NCBI GenBank assembly: GCA_001662655.1
Contig: KV460208.1
DNA length: 35,780 nt
From: Pseudogymnoascus verrucosus
Taxonomy: Eukaryota
Direction: 5' to 3' (one strand)
A program made the position numbers and the translations under genes. Under the pieces are notes generated by a model. The model was not told where the DNA came from and did not search any database. It saw only the letters and a program-made list of their open reading frames with translations. The number at the start of each line of letters is the position of its first letter. Within the stretch, counting starts at the first letter, position 1. Below are positions 1-11,043 of the stretch, piece by piece.

Positions 1-704
1 GGCGGTGAGTAGTCACTTCTCTGGAAACCCCAAATTAGTTAAGGCTGTAGGCAGCCTATTTACTGCTACAAGTATTTAAGTCGTGAAGATAGAGAGGCAT
101 GATTAAAGATGCATGTGCTAACGTCACCTAGCACCGATAGGTCAGCTACCTATATTACAACACATAGCCACGTGTTTATTTATTCACAATTATTATATTT
201 AAATGCCACAGCGTGGGTATCAAATGCCGCTATTATTCAGCATATATAATTCTCTTCCTTCCTATATGCATCTCTGTCCTCGGTCATATTCGAACCGCAA
301 TTATGTGCAGGTCCAACTATCTACATGTCGAACTGCCATCCCGTTCCTCCGCCGAGATTTCCTTATTAAATAAATACACAATACACCCATATGCAACCAA
401 CTCCAGACCGTTATTATCCGCGGAGTAAGTATGACGCCGCATACATGGCAGCAATGTTGCCTTTCCCAACCTTTCCTGGTTGCTATGTGCTGTTATATAA
501 GCATGACAGCCTTTCCACCATGCCCCTAAACACCGGTTGCGCAAACATAACTTGACCAGCCCTCCGTAACCAGTACCCTGAGTGTTTTCTGCGCCGTGGA
601 CGAATGACAAAAGAAAATCGTCGCTAAGCGCGCTAATATGTGTAAATGAGACGACCCTAAGGGATTTGTAGTGATTTCGAGGATTAAAAAAAAAGTAGGC
701 TCTC

Positions 705-3700
705 CTACGGCCCGTTCGTGATGGGTTCCATAGGTCGAAGAGGCGATAGGTGCCGGCCCGCACGAGACTCCCGCGACACGGGTCGACTATCAGAAGACTT
801 GTGATATAGTTTTGAATTTGAAAGGGGAACATTGCTGATAGGGGCGGTATTCGACGAAGGTAAGTCGGGGTTTTCAGCTATGCCATGAGTAACGCCATTA
901 GTAGTCGGACCATCGGTGGTTGGGCTGTTCTGTGGCGACAGGCTCGGTTCTGGTTCTTCAAGGATAGTCCCGAATTTCTTGAGAACTTGCTTGAGCGCAG
1001 GGCGTCGAATGGGCTTGCTGAGGAACATATCCATTCCCGAGTCCATGCACTCTTGGACGTTGCTTTCCTCTGAAAATGCCGTCAATGCGACAATTGGTGC
1101 GGAATAACCCATTTGACGTATCAGTCGAGTACTCTGTAAACCGTCGAGGTTCGGCATCTAAATTTGTTAGTAAGAGGCATTCAATGGAGTCTGGAATCGT
1201 ACCTGGATATCCATAAAGATGAGATTGAACTGAAGCCCTTCCTCCATGCTAGCTTTCACCTTCTCATATGCTTCCTGGCCATCCTTTGCTACAGTCACAT
1301 CATAAATATCCTCGAGTTTTAGCATCCTATAAAATGTTAGTTGTGGCATTTCAGGTGAACAAGCTGCGTATACATACCGAAGGACGACTTCTTGATTCAC
1401 TAGGTTATCCTCTGCAACTAGTACTCGAATTTTGCCTGATCCAGGCTTGGTTGCGACACGGTTGAGGATCGCAAGCTGATCATCTGTGGCTCCGTCCCCA
1501 GAAGCTGCCGACGCAAAGAATGGCTGACTCAGCCCAACAAGTCTAGGCTGAATATCTTTCTCAACCACTGCAACCTGACTGCTGCTGTTGTTCGCGGCAC
1601 TTTGTGCCTGCATCTCAAGCGACAACCTTGCCATTCTGGAATCCTCTCGTGAAGTAACACTGGGTGTTCGAGACCCCCCAGCAGTTGAACTTGCTGTGCT
1701 GGATGTCCGCTCTCCAACAAACTTTAGAGGAATTTGCATATTGAATGTAGTGCCTTGGCCTTCGCCCGTGTTTTCCAGGGTGATAGTGCCGCCCATCAGT
1801 CCAGCGAGCTGGTGGCAAATACTAAGCCCCAATCCAGTGCCGCCATACTTTCTGCTGAGACCCAAGTCGCCTTGAACGAACGGCTCAAAGACGCGGTCCT
1901 GGATACTAGCAGGGATACCTGGACCGGTATCTTCAACCTCGAACTCAAAGATGAGCGTTTTCGAGTTTGATGGTGGGGGAGTCGGTGACCGTTCGCGAAC
2001 ATGAATGTGGCTTAAAGCCGCCTTTGGATCCATAGGGTTGATGAGTAGAGCAGTGCCAAGAGGTTTGCTCGGGCTAGACGGTAGTCTCGAGGTGGTGGAT
2101 GCGTTTGATCCGGAGCCAGAACCAACGCGATGCCGTTGCCTTGATGAGCGTTGCAACGATCCTTGTTTCGATGACAGTGAGTCTTTTCTGCTGACATTGC
2201 CTTCTGCATCCTTCTCGCCTATACATTTGATCCTCACTATGACCCTACCTCCTGCAGGAGTGAACTTTAAGCTGTTGCTAACCAGATTGATGAGCACTTG
2301 GAGTATTCGGTGCTGATCCCCCCATAACCTCATGTCCTTCAACCTGCCGGTCCCGTTTGGACCCACGGCAGGGAGAGCCTTCTTCGGCCGTGTCAGGGCT
2401 TTTGTGGAATCAAGATCACCATTTTCCGCACCAATAAAGTGGACAGCAAATTTGATATTTGCCTCCTTGACTTGCTTGTCGAAAATGGTCACGACCTGAG
2501 ATTTGATATCGGAAAGGACAAACTCTTTCTCTTCAATAGTGATCGACTGGCCGATTTGGTTTTTGCTGAATGTTAATAGATCGTTAAGCAGATGTAGCAA
2601 AAGATCCCCCGACTTGTACACGACCTGAAGAGATCGCTTGATGCTAGGTAGGTCGTCTTCTCCCATACAGACGGCGCACATACCAAGAATTCCATTAAGC
2701 GGCGTTTTCAGTTCGTGTGATATGTTCGCAATAAAGAGCGTCTTGCTTTCATTCGCTGCTTCCGCTGCCTTTTTACTGATCTCCAATTCTCTAGTTCGTT
2801 CGGCGACTCTTTCCTCAAGCTTCGTATACTGCGTCATCAGTTCATCAGACATCTCGTTGAAGGTGCGGGTGAGCTCCGTCAACTCGTCAGTAATGAAATG
2901 CCTGGGGTCAAGCACCTTTCCAGGGACTTTAAACACTCGGCGACGTTCTTCTTCCGTCTGTTCCTCCTTTGATTTTCGGTGTTTGCCTTGCACAAAGCGT
3001 CTCATGCGTATTACAAATCCCTTGCCACGCTTCGACGTCTTGCTCGACGAAGTATTTGCTGTTTCTTCGTCGCCCAGGCGATCTTCGCCATCGATGGATA
3101 TCTCTGACCCCATGCTATTCCGTGGTGTATACCCAGGCGGCTGAACCGACTTTTCGGTGGCCTCTTTCAACCTCGTAATCGGCAAAACGCTGTAATGAGC
3201 TGTTGGAACGACAACAACCAAAATGAGTGCAATAGTTCCAAAGATACAACCAAGGAGAATTTTGCGTAATTTCTCGACTGGTGCAAATGCCTCAGCCCTG
3301 GTCTCCTCCACAATCAGTACCCAGTCCACTATGTTACTTCTAGGACGCGCGTATCCAACAGCAACCTCGACTCCTTGCTCATTTATAGTCTTCAAGTTGC
3401 TGCCAGCATTGTTGATTTGGGAGTTGTTTCTGCTAAACACTTCAAGCGCTACTGGGTACTTATATAACTTGAAACTGGAGCTGTAGTTCGTAGAGGAGCT
3501 ATGCATAGTATGTCGATCGGTCTGATTCTGGTTTGGAATTGGCGGGAATATAAAGTTCATATCCTGCTCGCCAAGATCGGTGCTATTTGGAGTATGGCCT
3601 TCGTTGACCGGCGTTTTCGCTTGAGGGAATTTGTTTATTTCAGTGTCTGGCCCCAAAAGCAAAACCATGCCGGTGCTATCCAGGCCTTCCCTCGAATTTT

Positions 3701-4599
3701 GAACACTGAATATCCGAGTAGATTCGGCGACCACAGTCATGTAACCTAGAATATCTACTCTTGACGTGCTGTTGAAAATTGGCAGCGTCATAGACACCAA
3801 GGAAAGTGTTTCGTTGACCTGGAATGGTCCCAGTAGCATAGCAGTTGAAGCATTGAATTTGTATATTTGAAACGCTTTGACGGTATTGGACACCACGCCG
3901 TCTATAGTCGTGGTAGAGTATGTGAGATTTGGATAAAGCGAAACAGGGAATCCAGTGGGCCCATCCGGTGACTGGTCGCCAAGTTTGATGTTCTTTGGCA
4001 CTTGTCAGTTATTTATCATGTCGACTGGAGGTACACAATTCTCACCGTGCCATTTGGATATTTCATCGGAAGTTGGATATCCGCGGCGCCAACTGCTGTG
4101 ACGTTTAGCAACCCCTTTGAGTCTCCAGTCCCGTCTTTTGAAAATATCTTGACCTGGATCAGCTGCGAGTAACCGGTACTAGCAAGAGCCGCCTGGAGAT
4201 CTTCTTCTGCCAGCCGCCAGTTCGATGCGCTGTTGTCATTCCGGTAGAAATTCGTTAGTGACTTTTGTATCTCTATCCGAGTCACAATAGTCCTGCAGGT
4301 CGACTCGACGAGTTGTAGGTTGGCAGCTACCTGCGCAGCCTTGAGGGACGCAGTCAAGGACAAGCTTTGTGATCTGAGGCCTATCAGCAATGCTCGCAGC
4401 AGGCACAGGGTTGGATTGACTTACTTGATACTAACAACAAAGTTGTAGTTATTTATCCACTATTTACATTGTCAGAGAAGGCGTCTTCCGCGGACCCGGT
4501 CCAAGTAGAACTCACGGTTGAAATGGACACAGCAGCCAATGCCAAGAAAGCCGTCAAGAGGACCAGCAGCGCAAGCTGCAGGCGAATGGGTATACGCAT
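705..4599 (-). CDS. SLN1: Sln1-type (group VI) transmembrane hybrid histidine kinase, osmosensor upstream of the HOG pathway; 6 exons, ~1212 aa
   Basis: Exons (minus) 4599-4516, 4459-4425, 4373-4046, 3992-1378, 1326-1203, 1157-705 join in frame across GT..AG introns. N-terminal TM ([29 protein letters not shown]), second TM ([18 protein letters not shown]), HAMP-like [14 protein letters not shown]-box [17 protein letters not shown]-box [15 protein letters not shown]-boxes DTGPGI and GGTGLGL, receiver VLVAEDN...FMDIQMP...ALTA...SKP. Confidence 0.95.
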
Positions 4600-5130
4600 G
4601 ACTTGCTACTCGGAATCCCTTTGTAGTGCCGTGGGCTTCGAAATTTGGCGAAATAGCAGCGTGGGCCCTTCACCCTCCTCCCCTCTCCTTCCTCCTCCAA
4701 GCGGTCGCTATTCGGCTTCGAGATTGGGCCAGTATGGTGTGATAGCTGCGGCGGCAGATTCTTTCTGCTATAAGATCATGTCGCTGAATTTTCACAGCAG
4801 CGACGGCGGCGGCGGCGTCGGGCTGTGTTCCTGGCGAACCGTGGACCGGCTTTCGAGGCGCGTCGGTGAGTGATATGGCGGCTCAGTTGATGAATGTGCC
4901 GTCGCAAAATGGTGAGGGAGTGGACGAGCGAGGCTCCGGATATATCTGGCGCATTGGAGATGGGTTTGAGGTCGTTGAAGACGCGGCAGGGATACGAGGC
5001 TCAATGCTGGGCTGGGCTGGACCCTTTTACGGGACGGAGAATGCCGGCGGCGGGAGGGGAATTTTAGTTAGTGACAGGGGCCTAGCGTCGTCCGAAGAGT
5101 CGTCTGAAAGAATGGAAGAAGTGTGGGTTG

Positions 5131-5170
5131 CACGTGATGATTTTGGATTTCTATTCAATCTAGTCACGTG
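5131..5170. promoter_or_regulatory. Two RTCACGTG (Cbf1/bHLH E-box) motifs between SLN1 and the tRNA gene
   Basis: CACGTG at 5131-5136 (ATCACGTG on minus strand) and 5165-5170 (GTCACGTG), about 530-570 bp upstream of the SLN1 ATG. Motif match only. Confidence 0.35.
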
Positions 5171-5419
5171 TTTGTGTTATAGTAAATTCGAGCAACAGGC
5201 GTGACTGTCGCCAAGGACGGGAAACGAGAAGCCGAGATGCACATAATTCCGAAAACAGTCTTTTGTGAAAGCCACAAACTAGGCAAGGAAGCGGGCATTA
5301 TGAAACCCCGACTCCGAAGCCAGGCAGCAATATTTGGGTCACTAGCTCCGGATAAACTAGTGAAAAGCGGCACCGGTTTATAATTCATGATTGGCTAGTT
5401 CTCTCTAACAATTCCAACA

Positions 5420-5501
5420 TCTTTGATGGTCTAACGGTCATGATTTCCGCTTGTCATTCGACAAAGCGCGGGAGACCGGGGTTCGACTCCCCGTCAGAGA
5501 G
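5420..5501 (+). tRNA. tRNA-Asp (anticodon GTC) with a 10-nt intron
   Basis: Acceptor stem TCTTTGA/TCAGAGA, D-arm GGTC..GATT, anticodon stem TCCGC/GCGGG with GTC at 5453-5455, intron TTCGACAAAG at 5457-5466 (position 37/38), T-arm CGGGG-TTCGACT-CCCCG, discriminator G5501. Confidence 0.95.
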
Positions 5502-5534
5502 TAACTTGTCTCTCTGAGCTCATGCTCAGATATA

Positions 5535-5558
5535 TTTTTTTGTTTTTTTTTTGTTTTT
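5535..5558 (+). terminator. Pol III oligo-T terminator of tRNA-Asp
   Basis: Consecutive T runs (T7, T10, T5) starting ~34 nt after the tRNA 3' end. Confidence 0.75.
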
Positions 5559-6692
5559 ATTTGTGAAGGCAATTGGGCGATTCACTGCCTACGGCGGCCT
5601 GGGTTGATTGAGTTGACTATCTGAGCAGGAAGTCGAAGGAAAAGCCCGCAATGGGAATAAAGAGAGAGAAGAAGAGCTACTCGAGATTCACTTGACCGCG
5701 TACGCGTGTATTAAATTCACATTTTTGGCATTTTTATCTCTGTTTATCTGCCTGTCGTTAACTACTGTGGTCCCAATCCCCCCCATTCAACGCGGGTATA
5801 TCACTGTCTCAGTCCCCTTTTCTTCTTCTATCGCGGCAATTTCTTCGTGATAAGGCATTTCAGGGTCTCAACAAACGTCAAAACATCATCTAAACACGAC
5901 AACAGCGCGTCTGTTTCGTGACATCTCTTTGACAACCCAAGCGAGAAGAGCCGGAGTCCTTCTAGTCGTGTTCTTGGTGTTCTCGGTGGTGATCTCTCCA
6001 CGCGACCGGCATAAACGAATTGTTTCAACAGCCAACGATTGGACCGGACACAGCGGCACCGAAACAAATTCTTGGCCGTCCCCTCCCCGCCAATCGTTCG
6101 GGGAGCTCAAGCCCCAACTTCCCCGCATATAGCCACTCCCTTTCAACTCTTCCAGCCATACACCGGCCTCAGTGCCGTCTGTCGCGTCTAAAAGGCGCAT
6201 CGCGACCGCGACATAGTCGCGTTCTTGTGCAGCAACACCATGCATTTCTGTCCATCTATGTGCATCCACCATCGTCGTCCCGCCCTGCACCTGCATTCTG
6301 GTCACCGTTCACCACCAAAATGACTCACTCTCATCATGGCGATCCTGTGGAATCTCCTCTTTTCGCTCTGTTTTCGAGCCATTTTCGTGATTTGCCCTCT
6401 GCGCGATCGCGATGTGAGGCGGCGTACGAATATAACGAAGGTAGGTGGCTGGTCCGGTAGGTTTTCCTTCTTGTGCTTCTTCTCACTCCTCAGAATACCC
6501 TCATTGCATTCATTGCTGTTGTTGACCAACTCAATGAGAATCTTCTTGCATTACATTTCGCTATATTCCTGATCACATTATATGCATTTCTAATTGACAA
6601 TCTCCACTCTTCGAATCTCTCTGATTCTGCATTCTGATATCGCTTTTTAACCCCGCCATTGGCCTCACTTTGGGTCGACCTGTGTCTTGGCC

Positions 6693-8939
6693 ATGGCCTC
6701 GTCCAACCCCCTCTTCTTTAAGATATGGCGAGACGAGAAGATCAATCGCCAGCTGTTATCCCATTTGGACGACGACAATCTCTGCGCTCTCCGCCTCACA
6801 AACACGGCATGCTCAAACATCGTGACAAGGCCTCTCTTTGCGCGGATTCACCTAACCTTCACCCCGAGCGCATTATCCCGGCCTTCTCGCATGGAAGCAT
6901 TGGCCCGCATCGGTCACCATGTCGGCCACCTGACCTTCTCAATGCCACACACGGAATCGACCTTTCTTCCTCCGCTTCTGAATCCCGTCACTGGCCGAGA
7001 AGTCAACTTTCTCTACACGCCGCATACATCGCTTGCCTCGGAAACCGAGCGTCCAAAGTATGGCACACATGAGCTGGCAGACTATCTCACCCAGCAGTAC
7101 CCTCCAATCTTCCATGCAGCGACGAATGTTCCTGCGTTCATCCGTGCATTAGCTTGCATGCCCAATCTTCGCCACCTCAGCGTCTCGTGCCCTGGACAAG
7201 AACCATGTCAGCGGTACCGTCGCTCTGCTGTAGACTACGCACTCATCAGCCTGCGGATCGCAATTGAGCGCGCTGGCCTGACGCAACTCGAGAAGCTCTC
7301 GCTAGCGGTCCACCCTGCCGCACTCCTGTATCTGCACCCGACACCGAACTTTGGTGCGTCACCATCCGGCCTCCGCCGCTGGCGACAGATCCGAAATCTG
7401 AAGATGTCAATTGATTCCTGGGCATTCGAAAATTCACGTGCAGACCATCTGAAGTTATTGACAAACTACATCCGCACATTCTCTAGTAGTCTTGAGAAAC
7501 TCACCTTTCATTGGTACGGCCAACGCGGTCCCTGTCCATTGACCCTCAACGACTCGAGTCGCCCGTCGTCCCCGAGTTCGGCCACAAAGCTTTTTGCTGA
7601 GATCACGTCGCCAATGTCACCTCTCCCGGAAACTCCACCTCCTCCACCACTTCACTTCCCCCACCTGCGTCGTCTATTTGTGAGGAATGCATGGGTTGCT
7701 GCCGAGCAAGTATCTTCCCTCGTCAGTAAACACGGCTCAAGCCTCCGGACCATCGATTTTGATAACGTGATCCTGACATCTGGGTCGTGGGACGAGGCTC
7801 TGGCGCCGCTGAATGATCTGGCAACTAAGGAGGGAATCTGGGAAGCTAGACACAGTGGCTCGAGCTCTGGCATTGGCTTTGGCTCCCAGCCAAGAAGCCA
7901 CATGGACGACGATGTATTTGACAATTCTAGCTTCCGCAACAGCTCAGGCCTCTTCGTTCAGGGCGAGCTCGGCACAGCTCCGTGTAATACACATCTGCAT
8001 AAACGCGTTCGAAAACGTCGTCGTGCGTACCGCCGCGCAGCTACCCCCTCACCACCACCAACTCTCCGTCGCCAGGCTTCGTCCCTCCTTGATCGCCTCA
8101 AGCACAGCGCTATGGAAGCGTCGCAGAGCACCTTCTTTTCCCGGTTCATCCATAACGAGAATAGCTCGAGCAGCCTTGGCCTCGCCATCTCAGAACCTGT
8201 CGCCAGGTCGCCACTCCACAACCGCGAAATGCCCCCTGTCCCAGAACAGCTCTCGCGGTCGCCGTCGTATAACCGCGAAATACCTCCAATCCCGGAGCAG
8301 CCGTCTGTCCCAGAACTGTCGCATCCATCTGTCGTATTGCAGCCAGCCACATATACCCCACCGACCAGGCTAGCCACTCCTCCGCGTCCAACAACGCCGG
8401 TTAAACGCCTGTCACCGCTACTACCAGCGACGACATTCGTGCCTGAGGGGCGAATCCCATCACCAGAGCACGTGCATCCACTACGACGCTCTCCACCTGA
8501 ATCTGCATCGACCCAGTCCACTAGCAGCTACCACCAATCTCCGGAATCGTCACCTCCCAAGCGCTCCCCACAGACACCTGACCCTCCCCACACACCCTGG
8601 CCTTCCGCCATGGCGCTTAAGCCTAAGCCACTGAACCCTGCTGTGCGCGGCGTGCAACGCAATCTCCAGCGGGAGACACATCATCAAGAACTTGTAGACG
8701 ATGCCGAGAAGCGCATCCACGCACTTCGCCAGGGACGCGAGGCTATACTGCAGCGTCTCGGGAAGCAGTTCACTGCGAGGAGTTCCGCTGCTGCTTCTAT
8801 TGGCGACAGACAGGTGCAGAGGGAGGTGAAGCTGAATATGATGACTGGTGGGTCGGGGATGAGGGCTATTGGAGATGGAATGAACATGGGGATGGGAATG
8901 CAGAAGGGGATGATGGTCCCGCTGATGATTTTTAGATAG
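6693..8939 (+). CDS. Uncharacterised 748-aa protein: F-box-like N-terminus, LRR/RNI-like middle, basic NLS-like patch, Pro/Ser-rich disordered C-terminus
   Basis: Long uninterrupted ORF with ATG at 6693. LLSHLDDDNLCALRLTNTACSNIVTRPLF resembles an F-box; repeated LxxLxL units (LRHLSV, LEKLSL, IRNLKM, LEKLTF, LRRLFV, LRTIDF); KRVRKRRRAYRR. The domain call is inference. Confidence 0.8.
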   Translation: MASSNPLFFKIWRDEKINRQLLSHLDDDNLCALRLTNTACSNIVTRPLFARIHLTFTPSALSRPSRMEALARIGHHVGHLTFSMPHTESTFLPPLLNPVTGREVNFLYTPHTSLASETERPKYGTHELADYLTQQYPPIFHAATNVPAFIRALACMPNLRHLSVSCPGQEPCQRYRRSAVDYALISLRIAIERAGLTQLEKLSLAVHPAALLYLHPTPNFGASPSGLRRWRQIRNLKMSIDSWAFENSRADHLKLLTNYIRTFSSSLEKLTFHWYGQRGPCPLTLNDSSRPSSPSSATKLFAEITSPMSPLPETPPPPPLHFPHLRRLFVRNAWVAAEQVSSLVSKHGSSLRTIDFDNVILTSGSWDEALAPLNDLATKEGIWEARHSGSSSGIGFGSQPRSHMDDDVFDNSSFRNSSGLFVQGELGTAPCNTHLHKRVRKRRRAYRRAATPSPPPTLRRQASSLLDRLKHSAMEASQSTFFSRFIHNENSSSSLGLAISEPVARSPLHNREMPPVPEQLSRSPSYNREIPPIPEQPSVPELSHPSVVLQPATYTPPTRLATPPRPTTPVKRLSPLLPATTFVPEGRIPSPEHVHPLRRSPPESASTQSTSSYHQSPESSPPKRSPQTPDPPHTPWPSAMALKPKPLNPAVRGVQRNLQRETHHQELVDDAEKRIHALRQGREAILQRLGKQFTARSSAAASIGDRQVQREVKLNMMTGGSGMRAIGDGMNMGMGMQKGMMVPLMIFR
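8204..8305 (+). repeat. In-frame 51-bp (17-aa) tandem duplication inside the CDS
   Basis: RSPLHNREMPPVPEQLS / RSPSYNREIPPIPEQPS; AACCGCGAAAT recurs at 8220 and 8271. Confidence 0.85.
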
Positions 8940-9287
8940 GCGGTGTGCCTGTTGTTTGTTGGTTTTGGTGGGTGTTGATGGGTGTTTGGGTATATGGTGG
9001 TTAAACTGCGCAAGCAGGAAGATTTGGGGGCTGGGGTTAAGGGTGATGATGGTCTATCTTTTATGTGTTTTATTTATTGTTCTAGGGTGTGAAGTATGAT
9101 CATGACAGATATGAACTGGATGAGATAACGGGATGATATATGACTATCAGACGACGTTCGCTTCATGTTTTATGACGCCACGATTTATTTTTTATTTATT
9201 TATTTATATTATCAATGATTTCTTCTATAACAGGATCGATTATTAAGAATCGTAGATTTTAGCCCTATATTCTCAAACCTATTATTA

Positions 9288-10030
9288 TTATTTTACTTTT
9301 TGATAAAGCCACCCCATAGCTTCCCGTAGACCTTCCGACGTAGTTATAGAGACAGCATGGACAGTCTATTATTAATGTTAGTAACTCTATATCAATGCTC
9401 TATACTTAGAGGGTGTATGTACCCAATCTAAATCATCCCCAGCATCTACTGTAACGAGCTCAGCTTGTCTTGTCGCCTCAGCAATAGACTGCTCACAGAG
9501 TTAGTTAAATTTAAGATATTATTTTATTATGACAAAAATAATAGTTAGCAAAAACGGGGATGTTATACCAGAGGATTTTCTTTGAAATCTACCAAGACCA
9601 ACCACGGCGCTTTGGGGTTGACACCAGGTTGGACCAATCCTCCCCTTAAACTCCTCCCCTTCCTAGCTTTCTCCATCTCTACCCTCGCTTCAATGAGGAC
9701 GCACGTATCAGCGCTGTTAACCACCCAGATGAACCCATCTGCCTCGCCGAATTGCGCTGCCGTCCATAGATGGTCTGCAGCTGGCGCACCACCTCCTCCT
9801 ACTTCCACGGCGACGAAATTAAAATCGCATTTCAAACTGCTTTTCGTGCCGGCGTGGACTCGAGGCCAAGTTCTACCGTCTTCATCCTCTTTAGTTACTA
9901 AATCACAGGTCCCGCAGAGACGCTTAAGCAGATCTATCACACCAGCGTCATAAAGACCTATGATAGCTATCTTTCTGCGCCTGCGAGGGCCAAGGATAGG
10001 AGTGAGGAATTTAGCGAGTGTAAAGGCCAT
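9288..10030 (-). CDS. Divergent ADP-ribosylation factor (Arf/Arl)-like protein, 3 exons, ~201 aa, degenerate G-motifs
   Basis: Exons 10030-9569, 9488-9423, 9365-9288 (introns GTATAA..CTAAC..CAG and GTACAT..CTAAC..TAG, both phase 0). Arf-like segments: KIAIIGLYDAG, FVAVEVGG, LWTAAQFGEADGFIWVVNSAD, EARVEM, APWLVLV, and C-terminal W-TVHAVSITTSEGLREAMGWL. Confidence 0.75.
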
Positions 10031-10428
10031 TTCTAGGGCGAACGGCATTTGATGGAAAGGCAAATTAAGCTGCCTACGCGCTGGATTATATATTGTAAGG
10101 TTCTTGCCACGTTTAAATTTCATATTTTGACTTTTGTGGAAGCCTAGATATAATGAATGCATACACTTATTTCAGTCGCATGACTAATTATGAAACGCTC
10201 GTACTTAGACTGTTACCTGATCACTTCCGATTAGACAGGCAACAAACCACGAGTAGCATGCCTCGGGACTGGGATTATTTTGATATGAATGTCCAGATGG
10301 CATGTGTCGTGAAAGCCTCCGGATATTGACGTTTGATTAAAAATGAGGATTGGTTTCAAAGTATTTAAGTAATTCAAATGGATTTATATTATTGGTAAGA
10401 GTTCACAAATAGCCTCTCGGTTTAACTC

Positions 10429-11043
10429 TTAATTCTTCACTTCCAACTCCCAATCCTTAAACTCCACCACCAGCTTCCCCCTATCCCCCCTCTCTGTCGT
10501 GGGCGTAGCAGCATATACCCCAACCCAGACCTCCTGCTCCTTCTCACTCAACACCCACGTCACCTCCCTCAACGGAATCCTCTTCTCCCCATCAATAACA
10601 TAAATCCAAAGCGTCCCCTCTTTCGCATCCCTCTCCATCTCAAGCGTCACCACCTTCCCATCCTTAATCCCCGCCTGCACCAGACTCCAATCCGCCCAGC
10701 TGTCTTTCACAACGGTAGACACATACACCTCATCAGAGTAGAACTCCACACCCGTCTTGATCCACTTCCCTGCCTGACCTTCGACGGAAGAGGGGAGAAT
10801 AAACACCAGCCCGCCCTGGTCGTAAAGCGTGCCCCAGTCCGCAGTGACGGTGACGCGGGCGCGCTGGAATTTGGAGAGGGGAATGGGCTTGTAGATGAGG
10901 GGCGCGTTGAAGGTGACTACTTCGGGGGGACCAGGCTTGCTCCAGATGTCGGTTGGGGAGTCGGCTGAGATGGTGAAGGAGGTGGTGGAGGGGGATGGGG
11001 TGGCCTCGTCGAAGTATGCGGTTTGGAAGGTTTGGTCGGCCAT
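10429..11043 (-). CDS. REE1: DUF1349 / regulation-of-enolase-1 (Ree1)-like concanavalin-A-fold protein
   Basis: Motifs TDIW, FNAP, LYDQGGL, KWIKTGVEF, STVV..WADWS, LREVTW, VGVYAATP are typical of this family; intronless ORF. Confidence 0.85.
   Translation of the reverse strand: MADQTFQTAYFDEATPSPSTTSFTISADSPTDIWSKPGPPEVVTFNAPLIYKPIPLSKFQRARVTVTADWGTLYDQGGLVFILPSSVEGQAGKWIKTGVEFYSDEVYVSTVVKDSWADWSLVQAGIKDGKVVTLEMERDAKEGTLWIYVIDGEKRIPLREVTWVLSEKEQEVWVGVYAATPTTERGDRGKLVVEFKDWELEVKN

Noticed and set aside
213..832. ORFs 213..428 (+) and 317..832 (-)
   Set aside because: No recognisable motifs; they lie in or overlap the SLN1 3' end and AT-rich downstream region.
1167..4001. Treating the histidine kinase as a bacterial two-component gene or as several separate ORFs
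   Set aside because: Canonical spliceosomal introns join the ORFs into one standard fungal Sln1.
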